From contig CAWHLT010000005.1 in assembly GCA_963830295.1 (NCBI GenBank), forward strand, positions 292,202-356,201: a DNA stretch of 64,000 bases. Direction: 5' to 3'. The notes beneath the pieces were generated by a model. It was not told where the DNA came from and ran no database searches. It saw nothing but the letters and a program-made list of their open reading frames with translations. Each line of letters starts with the position of its first letter. Positions within the stretch are counted from its first letter, which is position 1. The stretch comes from an uncultured Acidobacteriaceae bacterium. Its GTDB lineage: Bacteria > Acidobacteriota > Terriglobia > Terriglobales > Acidobacteriaceae. This document shows positions 36,942 to 47,407 of this stretch, piece after piece. The translations under genes and the position numbers were made by a program.

Positions 36942-37166
36942 GGGGAATTCTCCCTGGGTCTTTGAATAGGGTTTGGATGTGAGATGCGGTCTCACTTAGG
37001 GAGGGAAGTGGATGGTAACCGCGGCGACTTCTGCCGTCAAGATGAAGGATTTTGCAAGCTGCGAACGAGTTGTAGTCGCGGCTACTGCAGGGACGCGCGG
37101 GTATGCTAGGATGCTAGGTTCGGGTGGTTCAACTTCCTGATGTACCAATCCTTGGAGGAATCTTGT

Positions 37167-38426
37167 ATGCGTAAGAGTTGGTTGGTGTGTGTGTTGATGG
37201 GAACGCTGGCTTGGGGACAAGCGCAGCCAGCGGCGCCGGCAGCCTCGGCTCCGGCACAAGCGGCCCCGGCGGCGAATGCCGAGAATAAAACCGAAAAGCC
37301 GGCGGCTCCGGCTGCGGAAATTTCGATGAGTGCGGCGGTCATCACGGTCAAGGGTGTTTCCTGCCCTGATTTCATGCCGGCGACTGCGCCGGCTGCCGCT
37401 GCGGGAAAAACGGCCGCGGCCACAGGCACTGGAAAGACGGCTGCTGCCGCGAAGAAACCGGCGGACTGCGTGATCACGCGGTCGGAATTCGAAAAACTGG
37501 CCAAGGCGCTGCAACAGGGAGCGACTCCGCTGAATGCGCAGCAGAAGCGCACTTTGGCGAATCAGCTTCCCAGCGCAATTGCCATGTCGGAGGCCGCGAA
37601 GAAGAAGGGTCTGGATAAGTCCGAGGGCTATAAAGAGACGTTGAAGTTCGTCAAGATGCGGATTCTGGCGACCAAGATGCAGGACGCCGTGCGGGAAGAT
37701 GCGGACAAGGTTCCGGCGGAAAAGATTGAGGCGTATTACAAGGACAATCCGGAAGCGTACGAGCAGTTCTCGTTGGACCGGTTGTTTGTCCCGAAGAACA
37801 AGCAGGCAACGGCTGAGGAAAAGGAAGAAGCCAAGGAAGAATCGAAAGAGAACGAGAAGATGTCCGAGGAGCAGCAGAAGGCACATGAGGCTGCGGAGAA
37901 GGCCAAGCAGGAAAAAGGCGAACAGGAGATGAACGAGTTGGCCGAGACCCTGCGGCAACGGGCCGCGGCGGGTGAGGATATCACCAAGCTGCAGAAAGAG
38001 GCGTTTGAGGCGGCGGGCACGAAGGTGGAGAATCCGACGGTGAATCTGCCAAAGGTGCGGCGCACGGGACTGCCTCCGGCGCACGCCGCGGTGTTTGAGC
38101 TGAAGGTGGGCGAGGTATCGGCGGTGATCAGCGACCAGGGCGGCCACTACGTGTACAAGGTAGTGAGCAAAGAAGTACTGCCGCTGGACACGGTGAAGGA
38201 AGAAATTCACAACAAGCTCAAGGGCGAGCGCTTGAAGGAGATGATGGAGAAGTACACGAACTCCTCGCAGGCGGTGATGAACGAGCAGTATTTTGGACCA
38301 GCACCGGCGCCCGGGCCGGCGCGCCGTCCGCGAATGACTCCGCCAGGTGCGCCGCAGGGTGCGGCAAGCCCGACTACGCCACCGGCTGCCAGTACACCGG
38401 CACAGGCTCCGGCGAAGCCGAACTAA
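37167..38426 (+). CDS. SurA/PpiD-like periplasmic chaperone with a degenerate parvulin-like domain
   Basis: Signal peptide MRKSWLVCVLMGTLAWGQA. Lys/Glu-rich helical region. FELKVGEVSAVISDQGGHYVYKV resembles the end of PpiC-type domains. Pro/Ala-rich tail. Confidence 0.55.
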   Translation: MRKSWLVCVLMGTLAWGQAQPAAPAASAPAQAAPAANAENKTEKPAAPAAEISMSAAVITVKGVSCPDFMPATAPAAAAGKTAAATGTGKTAAAAKKPADCVITRSEFEKLAKALQQGATPLNAQQKRTLANQLPSAIAMSEAAKKKGLDKSEGYKETLKFVKMRILATKMQDAVREDADKVPAEKIEAYYKDNPEAYEQFSLDRLFVPKNKQATAEEKEEAKEESKENEKMSEEQQKAHEAAEKAKQEKGEQEMNELAETLRQRAAAGEDITKLQKEAFEAAGTKVENPTVNLPKVRRTGLPPAHAAVFELKVGEVSAVISDQGGHYVYKVVSKEVLPLDTVKEEIHNKLKGERLKEMMEKYTNSSQAVMNEQYFGPAPAPGPARRPRMTPPGAPQGAASPTTPPAASTPAQAPAKPN

Positions 38427-38472
38427 GTGAGTTCGGGCCAGGTCAGGTCGAGCTAGAGTCAGGCTGAGCTAA

Positions 38473-39555
38473 ATGGAGAGCGCGAAACCTGTTGTCGTGG
38501 TCACTGGCATTGCGGGGAACCTGGGACGGAGGCTGCTCCCGCTGCTAGGGGACTTTGCAGTGATTGGGGTGGACCTCGGTCCACCCCAAACTGATTTACC
38601 GATGCAGTTTGAGCGTATGGATTTGGGCGAAGAGTCCACCACGCGCGCGTTTTACGAACTGCTGCACAACACGCGGCCGGTCTCGGTGGTGCATCTGGCG
38701 TTTGTGATCGATCCGGTGCGCACGGGGGTGCTTGAACCGGAGCGCATGTGGCAGATCAATGTGGCCGGCACGGCGCGGGTGATGGAAGCGATCACGGAGG
38801 CGAACCGGTCGGCGGATTCTCCGATCCGGCAATTCATTTTTCCCAGCAGTGTTTCCGCGTACGGGCCTAACCTGCCGAGGCCGGCTACGGAAGATTCCGC
38901 CATGGCGGCGCACACGCTGCCCTACGCGATCCACAAAAAACAGAGTGATGAAGTGGTGCAGCAGCGCGCGCCGGCGCTGCGGGGATGCAGCGTTTACATT
39001 CTGCGTCCGCATATTTTTGCCGGGGCCAGCGTGGAGAATTATCTGCTGGGAGCGTTTCGGGGCACGCCCAACGGAAAAGGCGCGCAGGCGGAGAAAATGC
39101 GGAGCGAAGGCAAGCGACTGCCCTGCATGCTGCCGCGCGGGCAACAATATCTGGACAACAAGATTCAGTTCGTGCACGTGGACGATATGGCGCGGCTGAT
39201 CGCACACATTCTGCATCGCGATCCGGAGGCGCAACGGTTGACCATTCTGAACGTAGCTGGGCGCGGCGAGCCGCTCACGTTCGGGCGCTGCATTGAAATG
39301 GCGCACGCGAAGCTGGTGCGCGTGCCGGGAAAATGGGCGATGAAGCTGGCGCTGCAATTTCTATGGAAGCGGCAGATCTCGGCGATACCGCCGGAGGCGC
39401 TGCCCTATATTACCGGCGAGTACATCATGAACACGGACCGGTTGCGGGGGTTTCTGGGTGCGGAGTATGAGAGTGTGATGCGGTACACGATTGCCGATGC
39501 GTTTGCGGATAGTTTTCCGCAGGCGGATAACGCAGCTGCGGCGGTGGGAAAGTAG
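38473..39555 (+). CDS. NAD-dependent epimerase/dehydratase (extended SDR) family protein
   Basis: VVVTGIAGNLGRRL Rossmann motif and a YAIHK catalytic Y-x3-K. Confidence 0.8.
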   Translation: MESAKPVVVVTGIAGNLGRRLLPLLGDFAVIGVDLGPPQTDLPMQFERMDLGEESTTRAFYELLHNTRPVSVVHLAFVIDPVRTGVLEPERMWQINVAGTARVMEAITEANRSADSPIRQFIFPSSVSAYGPNLPRPATEDSAMAAHTLPYAIHKKQSDEVVQQRAPALRGCSVYILRPHIFAGASVENYLLGAFRGTPNGKGAQAEKMRSEGKRLPCMLPRGQQYLDNKIQFVHVDDMARLIAHILHRDPEAQRLTILNVAGRGEPLTFGRCIEMAHAKLVRVPGKWAMKLALQFLWKRQISAIPPEALPYITGEYIMNTDRLRGFLGAEYESVMRYTIADAFADSFPQADNAAAAVGK

Positions 39556-39560
39556 CCCGC

Positions 39561-41036
39561 TCACGGAACCGGCTTGGCCGGAATGTCGTGTCCGGGGATG
39601 TGCAAAACCATTTGAACGACGCGGCCCTGGGCGTCAGTTTCGAAGGTATAGACGTCATCGGCAATGGTGTAGAACTGTGTCGGACTCTCGGGCAGAAGGT
39701 CTTGCTTGGGTTCGTCGTTCTCCTGCACGGTGAGATGGCTGGCTTCCCAGCGGACCGTGAGAACGACGTTTGGAGCTGCCTCGGGAGGTATCTGGTAGCG
39801 GCCAACGTAGCGCTGCTGGATGGCGGCCTCCACCGCAATTTGCTTGTGTTGTTTGAGGGGCGGGCGCGGAGGCAGTTTGTCGTACGGGATGTAACCTTCC
39901 CATTCGGGCGTGTAGGTGTCTTTCAGCAAGGTCTCCAGGAGGGACAGAAAAATGCCCTCGCCATTTCCGCTGTTGGTCATGATTATGATGCCGGTTTTCG
40001 GACGCTCGAAGCAGACCGTATAGTTTCTCCAACCCGCGTCGTGGCCTTCCTTGAAAAAGGCTTGCCCGTAGGGGCTCTGAAAAAGGCCCCAGCCGAGTCC
40101 GTAGCTGAGATGGATCGCCTTATTGGCGTCGGTCGTATCGTCGCTCAGGGTGGGGAATTCATGCCTCGATGTAATCTCGATTTGCGAGGTGAGCATCAGC
40201 ATGCGAGTTTTGTTCTGCAAAAGCTTACCGTCCATGACCGCCTGCACGAAGCGGGCGAAGTCAGACACGGTGGTCTGCATTGAACCGGCGGCGTCGGCGT
40301 GGGTGCGCTTCTGCGGACCGAGAGGACGTCCGTACTCGTCATAGCCATTGGCGAAGTCACTCTCGAAGCGGCCCTGCCAAATCATGCTGGTGCGAGTCAT
40401 GCCCAGAGGACCAAAGACGTGTTGCTGCATCAATTCTTCCAGGGGCTTTTTGGTGATCGCCTCCACCACGACTTGCAGCAGGTCGATTCCTTCGCCTGAG
40501 TATGCAAATCTCGATCCGGGCGTGAAATGGATTTTGAGTTTGCCGTCATCCTCAAAGGCCCGCCAGTTGGGAAATCCACTGGTATGGCTTAGCAGCATTC
40601 TGGCGGTGATCTGCTTGTAGCGTGGCTCGTTTGCCAAGTCCGCATAGTTGGGATAATCGGGGAGGGGCTTGGGCAAATATTGATACACCGGCTTATCCAG
40701 ATCCAATACGCCTTCATCCACCAGTTGCATCACCATGTATGCGAAAGCCACTTTGGAAAATGACGCGGCGGACATGACGGAATCGACCGTCAAGGGCAAG
40801 CTGTGTTCCTTGTCGCGGAAGCCATAGGCCTTCAGGTAGACGATTTTATTGTCATTAAAGATCGCAATACCCGCTCCCGTCACTTCCGCTGCATTCATGA
40901 GCCGCGCGACAGTTTGGTCGATTTCAGCGGAATTGATTGTGCTGCCATCCAGCCGTTTGATGGTTGAGGCTTCATGGCCAAAGGAGAAGATGCTGACTGC
41001 CAGCAGCATGGCCAGACTTAATAGGGTTCGACTCAT
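39561..41036 (-). CDS. Serine hydrolase of the beta-lactamase (class C / PBP4-star-like) family with a C-terminal extra domain
   Basis: Signal peptide, S-x-x-K (SFSK), YSGEG (Y-x-N-like) and HTSG motifs. Confidence 0.8.
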   Translation of the reverse strand: MSRTLLSLAMLLAVSIFSFGHEASTIKRLDGSTINSAEIDQTVARLMNAAEVTGAGIAIFNDNKIVYLKAYGFRDKEHSLPLTVDSVMSAASFSKVAFAYMVMQLVDEGVLDLDKPVYQYLPKPLPDYPNYADLANEPRYKQITARMLLSHTSGFPNWRAFEDDGKLKIHFTPGSRFAYSGEGIDLLQVVVEAITKKPLEELMQQHVFGPLGMTRTSMIWQGRFESDFANGYDEYGRPLGPQKRTHADAAGSMQTTVSDFARFVQAVMDGKLLQNKTRMLMLTSQIEITSRHEFPTLSDDTTDANKAIHLSYGLGWGLFQSPYGQAFFKEGHDAGWRNYTVCFERPKTGIIIMTNSGNGEGIFLSLLETLLKDTYTPEWEGYIPYDKLPPRPPLKQHKQIAVEAAIQQRYVGRYQIPPEAAPNVVLTVRWEASHLTVQENDEPKQDLLPESPTQFYTIADDVYTFETDAQGRVVQMVLHIPGHDIPAKPVP

Positions 41037-41865
41037 TCGCCTGTCCTTTCATGCTTCTTCCCCCGGTATAAGCCTGCTATGCCGAAAGTGTAGGGGGTCC
41101 AACTGGCTTCCCGAAAGCCGGCTTGGCGCATGCGGGCTAGCATTTCTTCTGGCTCGGGAAAGCGTTCGACTGAATTGGGGAGATAAGCGTAGGGGCCGCG
41201 GACACCGGAGAGCATGGTGCCGACGCGGGGCAAAACTTGCTTGAAGTAAATACGATAGAGATTCCCGATCAGGCCCTTGGGTTCGCTGAAGTCGAGGATG
41301 CCGCACTCTCCCCCGGGACCTTAGTACGCGCACGATCTCGCGCAGGCCGGCATCGTAGTCGGCTAGATTGCGAAAGCCGAAGGCTGAGGTCACCAGGTTG
41401 AAATGTTGCGTCGGGAAATGGAAGGCAGAGGGCGTCGGCTTCGATCCAGCGCGGTGCGCATGCGATGTGTGGCCTTATCTTTCTTTGATCTTGTCGCGCG
41501 ACTTCGCATGGGCGCGCTGCAGCATGGCGTGAGAGAAGTCGGCGCCCACAATTTGCGCAGTGACTGTCCCTGCCTGCTTGCGCAAGGCGAAGGTCATGTC
41601 GCCGGTGCCGCAGCAGAGATCGAGAATGCGGGCGTCCGGCTGGGACAAGAATGTGCGCGAAGGTGCGCGCGGTGCGACGCCACCACAGGCGATCGATGTT
41701 GAACGACAACACGTGGTTCAGCAGATCGTAGCGCGGAGCGATCGAGGTAAACATCTCGCGGACGGCGCGGGCGGCAGCGTCGCGTCGCGTGGCACCTTCG
41801 GGGGCGGCGCCGAGTACCGCTCGATCCTTGAGGTTCGGATTTCTAGTCGAGCCACGCCGTTTCAC
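41033..41865 (-). pseudogene. ubiE: Demethylmenaquinone/ubiquinone C-methyltransferase, about 4 frameshifts
   Basis: [68 protein letters not shown] and [23 protein letters not shown] are all present but lie in different frames (switches near 41650, 41490, 41405, 41320). Confidence 0.8.
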
Positions 41866-42979
41866 TTCTTCCTACCCAGCCGCCGTGGGACAGGCGGCGC
41901 AATTCTTCGACGGCATTGATGACGACTTTGTCCGGCACATCGGCAGGCGATTTCGACTTTGCCGATTTCCCGCGGCAGCACGAAGTGCACCGCGCCGTTT
42001 TGGGTTTTCTTGTCGGCCTGCAGGCGCGCGAGAATCTTGCGGGCGCTTACTTTTAGTTCCGGCAAACGGCCCAGGCTGAGCACGGCGTCGGCGATGCGGC
42101 CGGCGGTCACGCTGTCGGTGCGGCCGACGGTAAGGCGCGATGTTGGTGGCGGCAATGATTCCCCAGGCGACGGCTTCGCCGTGAAGCAGGCTCTGGTAGC
42201 CGGTTTCGGCCTCGAGCGCGTGGCCGATGGTGTGGCCGAGATTGAGCACGCGGCGCAGGCCGCCTTCGTGCTCGTCGGCGGAAACGACTTCGGCTTTCAA
42301 CTTCACGGACTGCGCGATAAGGCCTTCCAGTTCCACCGGATCGCGCTTCAGAATCTGCGCGCGCTTTTGTTCAAAGCGCAGGAAAAGATCGAGATCGCCG
42401 ATGATGCCGCACTTGAGCGCCTCGTAGAAGCCCGGCGCGAAACTCGCGGTCGGAAAGCGTGCGCAAAACTTCGGGGTCGATCAGAACCACGCGGGGATGG
42501 TGATACGTTCCCAGCAGATTCTTCCCTGCCCCAAGATTGACTCCGGTTTTGCCGCCGACCGATGCATCCACTTGCGCCAGGACTGTGGTGGGAATCTGCA
42601 CCAGTTCGATGCCACGCATGTAAAGCGAGGCCAGCAATCCGGTGACATCGCCGACCACGCCTCCGCCGAGAGCGATCAGAACGGCTTTGCGGTCCGCGCC
42701 CAGGCGAGACAATTTTTCGGCCAGGGTTTCAATGGTCGCCAGCTTCTTGGCAGGCTCGCCGTCGGGCATTTGCAAAACTTGCGGCTTGAAGCCCGCGGCG
42801 GCCAGCGAACTCAGCAGTTTGCTGCCCCAGCGGCGGCGCACAGGCGGAACCGTTACCACAAAAAGTTTGCTGGCTTGCGGCAGCAACTCCGCAAGCAGAG
42901 CTCCGGCCCGCGCCAGCAGGCCGTTCTCAATGCGCGCCTGGTAGGGCCGCGGCGGGACGTGGATGGTGACTTGCGCCAT
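41843..42979 (-). pseudogene. aroB: 3-dehydroquinate synthase, about 3 frameshifts
   Basis: MAQVTIHV..ALGGGVVGDVTGLLAS..QIPTTVLAQVDASVGGKTGVN..LNLGHTIGHALE..HGEAVAWG is readable across ORFs 42371, 41872 and 41862 plus a fourth frame. Switches are near 42445, 42145 and 41935. Confidence 0.85.
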
Positions 42980-43064
42980 GGAATTCCATAATAGCGCTAA
43001 GCGGCAGGCGCGGTTTTGGATCGAGTGAGACTTGGCCCGGGGAAGTGGTACCATTTGCCCGTCT

Positions 43065-44640
43065 ATGAAAGGTCTTCCAGCCGAGACCGATTTCGTGGTC
43101 ATTGGCGCCGGGGTTGCGGGACTGCGCGCCGCCATCGAACTGGCGAGCGCGGGGCGGGTGTTGGTGCTGGCGAAGAAAGAGGTCATCGGTTCCAATACGC
43201 AGTACGCGCAAGGCGGCGTCGGGCCGCGCTCAGCGATGAAGATGAAGTCAGCCTGCACCTGCAGGACACGTCTGGTCGCGGGCGATGGCCTGTGCCGTGC
43301 CGGAAGCGGTGAAAACGCTGGTGGAGGAAGGGCCGGAGCGCATCGAAGAATTGATCGCCTGGGGAAAGCAGTTTGACCGGAACGGAACCAAACTGGTGTT
43401 TGGACGCGAAAGCGCTCACAGCCATAACCAGATTCTGCAGCGCAGGGCGATTCCACGGGACGCGAAATCCTGCGCGCACTTCATGCCAAGGCGCAGAGCG
43501 TGCAAGAATATTTCCGTTGCGTGAGTTCGAGTTTTCCACCGGACTTGCTAACTGAAGGCGGTCGCGTGACCGGCGTTTCGCTGATCAACGAAAAGGGATT
43601 GCCGGAAGAGGTGAGTTGTTCGGCGGTTTTGCTGGCTACGGGAGGGATGGGGCAGATTTATCGCAATACGACCAATCCCGAAGCCTGCCACCGGCGACGG
43701 CATGGCCATGGCGTTCCGCGCGGGGGCGGAGGTCAGCGACATGGAGTTCATTCAGTTTTATCCCACGGTGCTGTACATGAAGAAAGCGCCGCGGTTTTTG
43801 CTCGCGGAGACGCTGCGTCGTGACGGCGCCTATCTGCGGAATATCGAACTGGATCGCTTCATGCAGAAATACCATCCGCTGGCGGAGCAGGCGCCGCGCG
43901 ACGTGGTGGCGCGGGCCATCATGCATGAGATGGAAGTCAGCCGCGCGAAAGATCCGTTCGTGTATCTTGACCTGACGCATATGAATGCGCGCCAGAGTGC
44001 AGAAACGCTTCCCGCGCATCTACGCGACTTTCATGCAGCACAACATTGACATTACTGAGGACGTGATTCCGATTCGCCCGGCGGCGCATTTTTCGGTTGG
44101 CGGCGTGCGCACGGATTTAAACAGCAAGAGCAGTCTTGCCGGACTTTACGCCGCAGGGGAAGCGGCTGCGAATGGCGTGCATGGCGCGAACCGGCTCGCC
44201 GGCAATGCGCTGCTCGAAGGTCTGGTGTATGGAGCGCGCGCGGGCAACGCCATGCGCGAAGAATTCACGCACGCGCGCAAGGCGGCAAGCGGACACAAGA
44301 AAGCCGTGTCACAGAACGGGCCCGTGGACGCGGGAATCGAAGAATTAATTGGGCAGATCCAGGACATTATGTGGAAGGATGCGGGATTGTGCGCATGCGG
44401 ACTGGAATGCAGGAGGCGATTAAGATGTTAGAGGGGCTGGCCCGCAGAGTGGCGCATCCGCGCACGCGGCGGGCTCACGAAGCCGCGAACCTGCATCTGG
44501 CGGGGCTGCTGGTGGCGCGTTCGGCGCTGGCGCGCGAGGAAAGCCGTGGGGCACACTATCGCATTGACTATCCCGGACATGATGACAAGAAGTTTCTGAA
44601 GCACTCGGTGGTTAAGGGGGAGACGGTGCGGTTTGTGTAG
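43065..44640 (+). pseudogene. nadB: L-aspartate oxidase, about 9 frameshifts
   Basis: DFVVIGAGVAGLRAA, TQYAQGGV, ATGGMGQIYRNTTNP, TGDGMAMAFRAGAEV, LAPRDVVARAI, PAAHFSVGGV, HGANRLAGNALLEGLV and ESRGAHYR are collinear with E. coli NadB as I recall it, but spread over all three plus-strand frames. Confidence 0.85.
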
Positions 44641-44654
44641 CCGCAATACATCAA

Positions 44655-44709
44655 TGATGATTGCTGATTGAAGAGCTCGATGACATAAGTTTTCAATCAG
44701 CAATCATCA
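44655..44709. repeat. Perfect 18-bp stem hairpin between convergent nadB and the TerC-family gene
   Basis: tgatgattgctgattgaa (44655-44672), a 19-nt loop, then ttcaatcagcaatcatca (44692-44709). No flanking U-tract. Confidence 0.85.
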
Positions 44710-44722
44710 ATCGCTCTCGGCA

Positions 44723-45640
44723 TCACTTTGATCTTGCGGGCAGCGCTATCGAAGCCGCGATCGAGACCAGCAGAACTCCCGCCACTACAGCCAGCGTCAC
44801 ATGCGTCGGGATCGGGAAGCGATCTGCAATTACCATCTTCATGCCAACCAGGATCAGCACCAGCGCCAGCCCGTAGTGCAGGAAGCGGAACACTTTCATC
44901 AGCCCCGAAACGGCGAAGTACATCGAGCGCAGACCCAGAATGGCGAACACATTCGACGTATAAACGATGAAAGCGTTGAGAGTGACGGCGAGAACAGCCG
45001 GAATGGAGTCGACGGCAAAAAGCACGTCCGTGGTTTCGACTACGGCTAGAACTACCAGCAATGGCGTGGCATAGAGCCCGGGATTACCCTTCCAGCCGCG
45101 AACAAAGAAGCGGCCATCCTGATAGTCATCGGTCACCGGAATCCAGCGGCGCAGAAGTTTCACCGCCGGGTTCTTCGCGGGATCGACTTGATGTTCGCCG
45201 GTGAACCCCAGGCGAATGCCGCTGTAAATCAAGAGCGCACCAAACACATAGAGAATCCAGTGAAAGCGCTGGATGAGGCCGACACCAGTGATGATGAAAA
45301 CACCGCGCATCAGGAGTGCACCGAGAACTCCCCAGAACAGCACGCCGCGCTGGTGCTGCTCCGGTACGGAAAAATAGCGGAAGATAACGAGGAAGAGGAA
45401 GAGATTGTCTACGCTGAGGGAGAGTTCAAGCACGTAGCCGGTGACGAATTCGAGCGCCACCTGGCGCCCTTGCCAGAACGAAAGCAAGACAGCGAACGCC
45501 AGGGCAAGGGCAATCCAAAGGGCGCTCCAGGCCAGGGCTTCGTGGGGACGCGCGACCCGGCCCCTGCGGTGGAAGACACGCAGGTCAAGCACCAGCAGGG
45601 CTACCGCGAACAGGTTGAAGAAGATCCAGAAATAGAGCAA
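44723..45640 (-). CDS. TerC/Alx family integral membrane protein
   Basis: YVLELSLSVDNLFLF and VETTDVLFAVDSIPAV paired TerC motifs. Confidence 0.85.
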   Translation of the reverse strand: MLYFWIFFNLFAVALLVLDLRVFHRRGRVARPHEALAWSALWIALALAFAVLLSFWQGRQVALEFVTGYVLELSLSVDNLFLFLVIFRYFSVPEQHQRGVLFWGVLGALLMRGVFIITGVGLIQRFHWILYVFGALLIYSGIRLGFTGEHQVDPAKNPAVKLLRRWIPVTDDYQDGRFFVRGWKGNPGLYATPLLVVLAVVETTDVLFAVDSIPAVLAVTLNAFIVYTSNVFAILGLRSMYFAVSGLMKVFRFLHYGLALVLILVGMKMVIADRFPIPTHVTLAVVAGVLLVSIAASIALPARSK

Positions 45641-45697
45641 GTGATTGCATTTGATTCCTTGGATGGAGGATGGTAATGAATCTGGAAATCGATTGTT

Positions 45698-47215
45698 TTA
45701 CTTCTGCCGGCCCAGGTGTCCGCTCTCCCAGGCGTCCCATAGGCCATTGGCCTTCAGCATTTCGTCGCTGTGAGTCTCGCGCAGGCTCTGGTCGATTTGC
45801 GCCCGCGTGAAGCGCGGGCCGATCTTTTCGGGAAGGTTGGCCAGTGCGAAGCTGAACTCGGCGGCCTCGGCTACGTGTTTCTTGAGTTGCGTGAAGTCGA
45901 CTTTGTCGTAGGTATCGGAGACGGCATGGTAGTTCTCCAGATAGTTCGCCTCCTCCTGATCGGCAACGAATGTCGGCACACCTTCCAGCATGAAATCGAA
46001 ATGGTCGGTGCCCCACTCCATGTCGGTTTTCACTTCTGTCAGGCCAAATTGTTTTAACGGAGCGATGAGGCGCCTGGCGGTTTCGACTATATCCTTGCGA
46101 CCTCCATCAGAGAATCCCGTGGTCTTGCCGATGCCTGAATCCCACACGACGACACCGGCCGCTTTGTCGAGCTCCGCGCGGTGGGCTCGCGAATAGGCCC
46201 GCGAGCCGAGCAAGCCCTCCTCTTCGCCGGAGAAAAGAATGAAGCGGATGGAGCGGCGAGGCTTAAGTCCGGAGGCTTTGATCGCGCGCAGTGCGTCAAC
46301 TACCAGCGCGGCATTGCAGCCGTTGTCGAGCGCGCCGGTGCCCAAGTCCCATGAATCCAGATGCGCACCGAGGATTACAAACTCTTCCGGCTTCTCGCTG
46401 CCCTTGATTTCGGCGATCACGTTGGCCGTGGTGATGGGTCCGCCGATTTGGTTGGGGATGCTCAAATCGGCCCACACGGGATGACCTGACGCGAGCAGGC
46501 GGCCGATGCGTTCGCCATCCTCGCGCGCCACCAGCACCTGCGGGATGCGATCGATTTCTCCTTCGTTCGAATTCGTGTGCCGATAGAGAATATCGTGCTC
46601 GCGCGTGGCGATGAAAGCGACGGCCTTGGCTTTGCCCTTTACGGCCGCGGCGACCACAGGCGGAGCGATCGTATACTCGGCGAACAGGTCGTCCCAAGTC
46701 TTGAGCACGACCGAATGGACGAGCACGATTTTGCCCGAAATGTCTCCGGCCTTGGCGAAGTCGGCGGGGCTGCCGCTGCCCACATCGACCACCGGCACAT
46801 GTTTCACCGCGGCGAGCGCAGGCGCCCACGCGATGGAGACACAGCGCACGCGGAACTCGACTTTGGGAATGTGGGTGAGCTTCGGGTCGAGCGCGGTTCC
46901 GGTGGCGCTGACCGTCATCTCAGTTGCGCCTTCGGACCAGGAAAAGGGGATGGTGAAATCCTCGGTGCTCACTTTGTCGGCGCCGGCAGCCTTGAACATT
47001 TGCACGCCCCAATCGATAGCGTGCTGCATGGCGGGTGTGCCGGGCACTCGGCCGCCGACTTCGTCGGTGAGGCGGCGCAGATTGCTTTCTAGCGGGGAGG
47101 GTTGAAGGGCGGCTTGGATGATGCGGGCCGCATCGTCGGTTTCATTCGGAGGAGTTGCGGCTTGGCAGATGGCGCTCAGGGCCAAACACAGCCACAAGAC
47201 TTTCAGATTTCGCAT
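45698..47215 (-). CDS. M28 family aminopeptidase with PA domain
   Basis: Signal peptide. GAHLDSWDLGTGALDNGCNAA and FSGEEEGLLGS zinc-ligand motifs. Confidence 0.8.
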   Translation of the reverse strand: MRNLKVLWLCLALSAICQAATPPNETDDAARIIQAALQPSPLESNLRRLTDEVGGRVPGTPAMQHAIDWGVQMFKAAGADKVSTEDFTIPFSWSEGATEMTVSATGTALDPKLTHIPKVEFRVRCVSIAWAPALAAVKHVPVVDVGSGSPADFAKAGDISGKIVLVHSVVLKTWDDLFAEYTIAPPVVAAAVKGKAKAVAFIATREHDILYRHTNSNEGEIDRIPQVLVAREDGERIGRLLASGHPVWADLSIPNQIGGPITTANVIAEIKGSEKPEEFVILGAHLDSWDLGTGALDNGCNAALVVDALRAIKASGLKPRRSIRFILFSGEEEGLLGSRAYSRAHRAELDKAAGVVVWDSGIGKTTGFSDGGRKDIVETARRLIAPLKQFGLTEVKTDMEWGTDHFDFMLEGVPTFVADQEEANYLENYHAVSDTYDKVDFTQLKKHVAEAAEFSFALANLPEKIGPRFTRAQIDQSLRETHSDEMLKANGLWDAWESGHLGRQK

Positions 47216-47365
47216 GTTGGGTGCATTAGAAATGAAATTTTGGAAAAGAGCAAAAGCTCTTAACCGTGTATGAAGAGATCGGCGGAGTCAAGGCACACTT
47301 TGGCTGAGAGGAAAGATGGGTTGATGTTTTTGACTTTCCTCTTGTTGGAAGCTTTTGTTCTTGTT

Positions 47366-47407
47366 CTTGCTCTTGCTCTTGCTCTTGCTCTTGCTCTTGC
47401 TCTTGCT
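47366..47407. repeat. Hexanucleotide microsatellite (CTTGCT)7 with degenerate flanking units
   Basis: Read directly. It lies about 150 nt upstream of the M28 start at 47215. Confidence 0.95.

Noticed and set aside
36996-38210. 404-aa ORF on the minus strand
   Set aside because: It is antisense to the SurA/PpiD-like gene. It is extremely Arg/Leu-rich, with no motifs and no RBS. This is a typical high-GC shadow ORF.
42980-43456. N-terminal extension of ORF 42371..43456
   Set aside because: The real aroB start is MAQVTIHV at 42979. The extension is antisense to the nadB 5-prime region and looks like junk.
45641-45697. Mn-sensing yybP-ykoY riboswitch upstream of the TerC/Alx-family gene
   Set aside because: Only 57 nt separate it from the preceding gene's stop, too short for the aptamer, and no conserved motif is visible.
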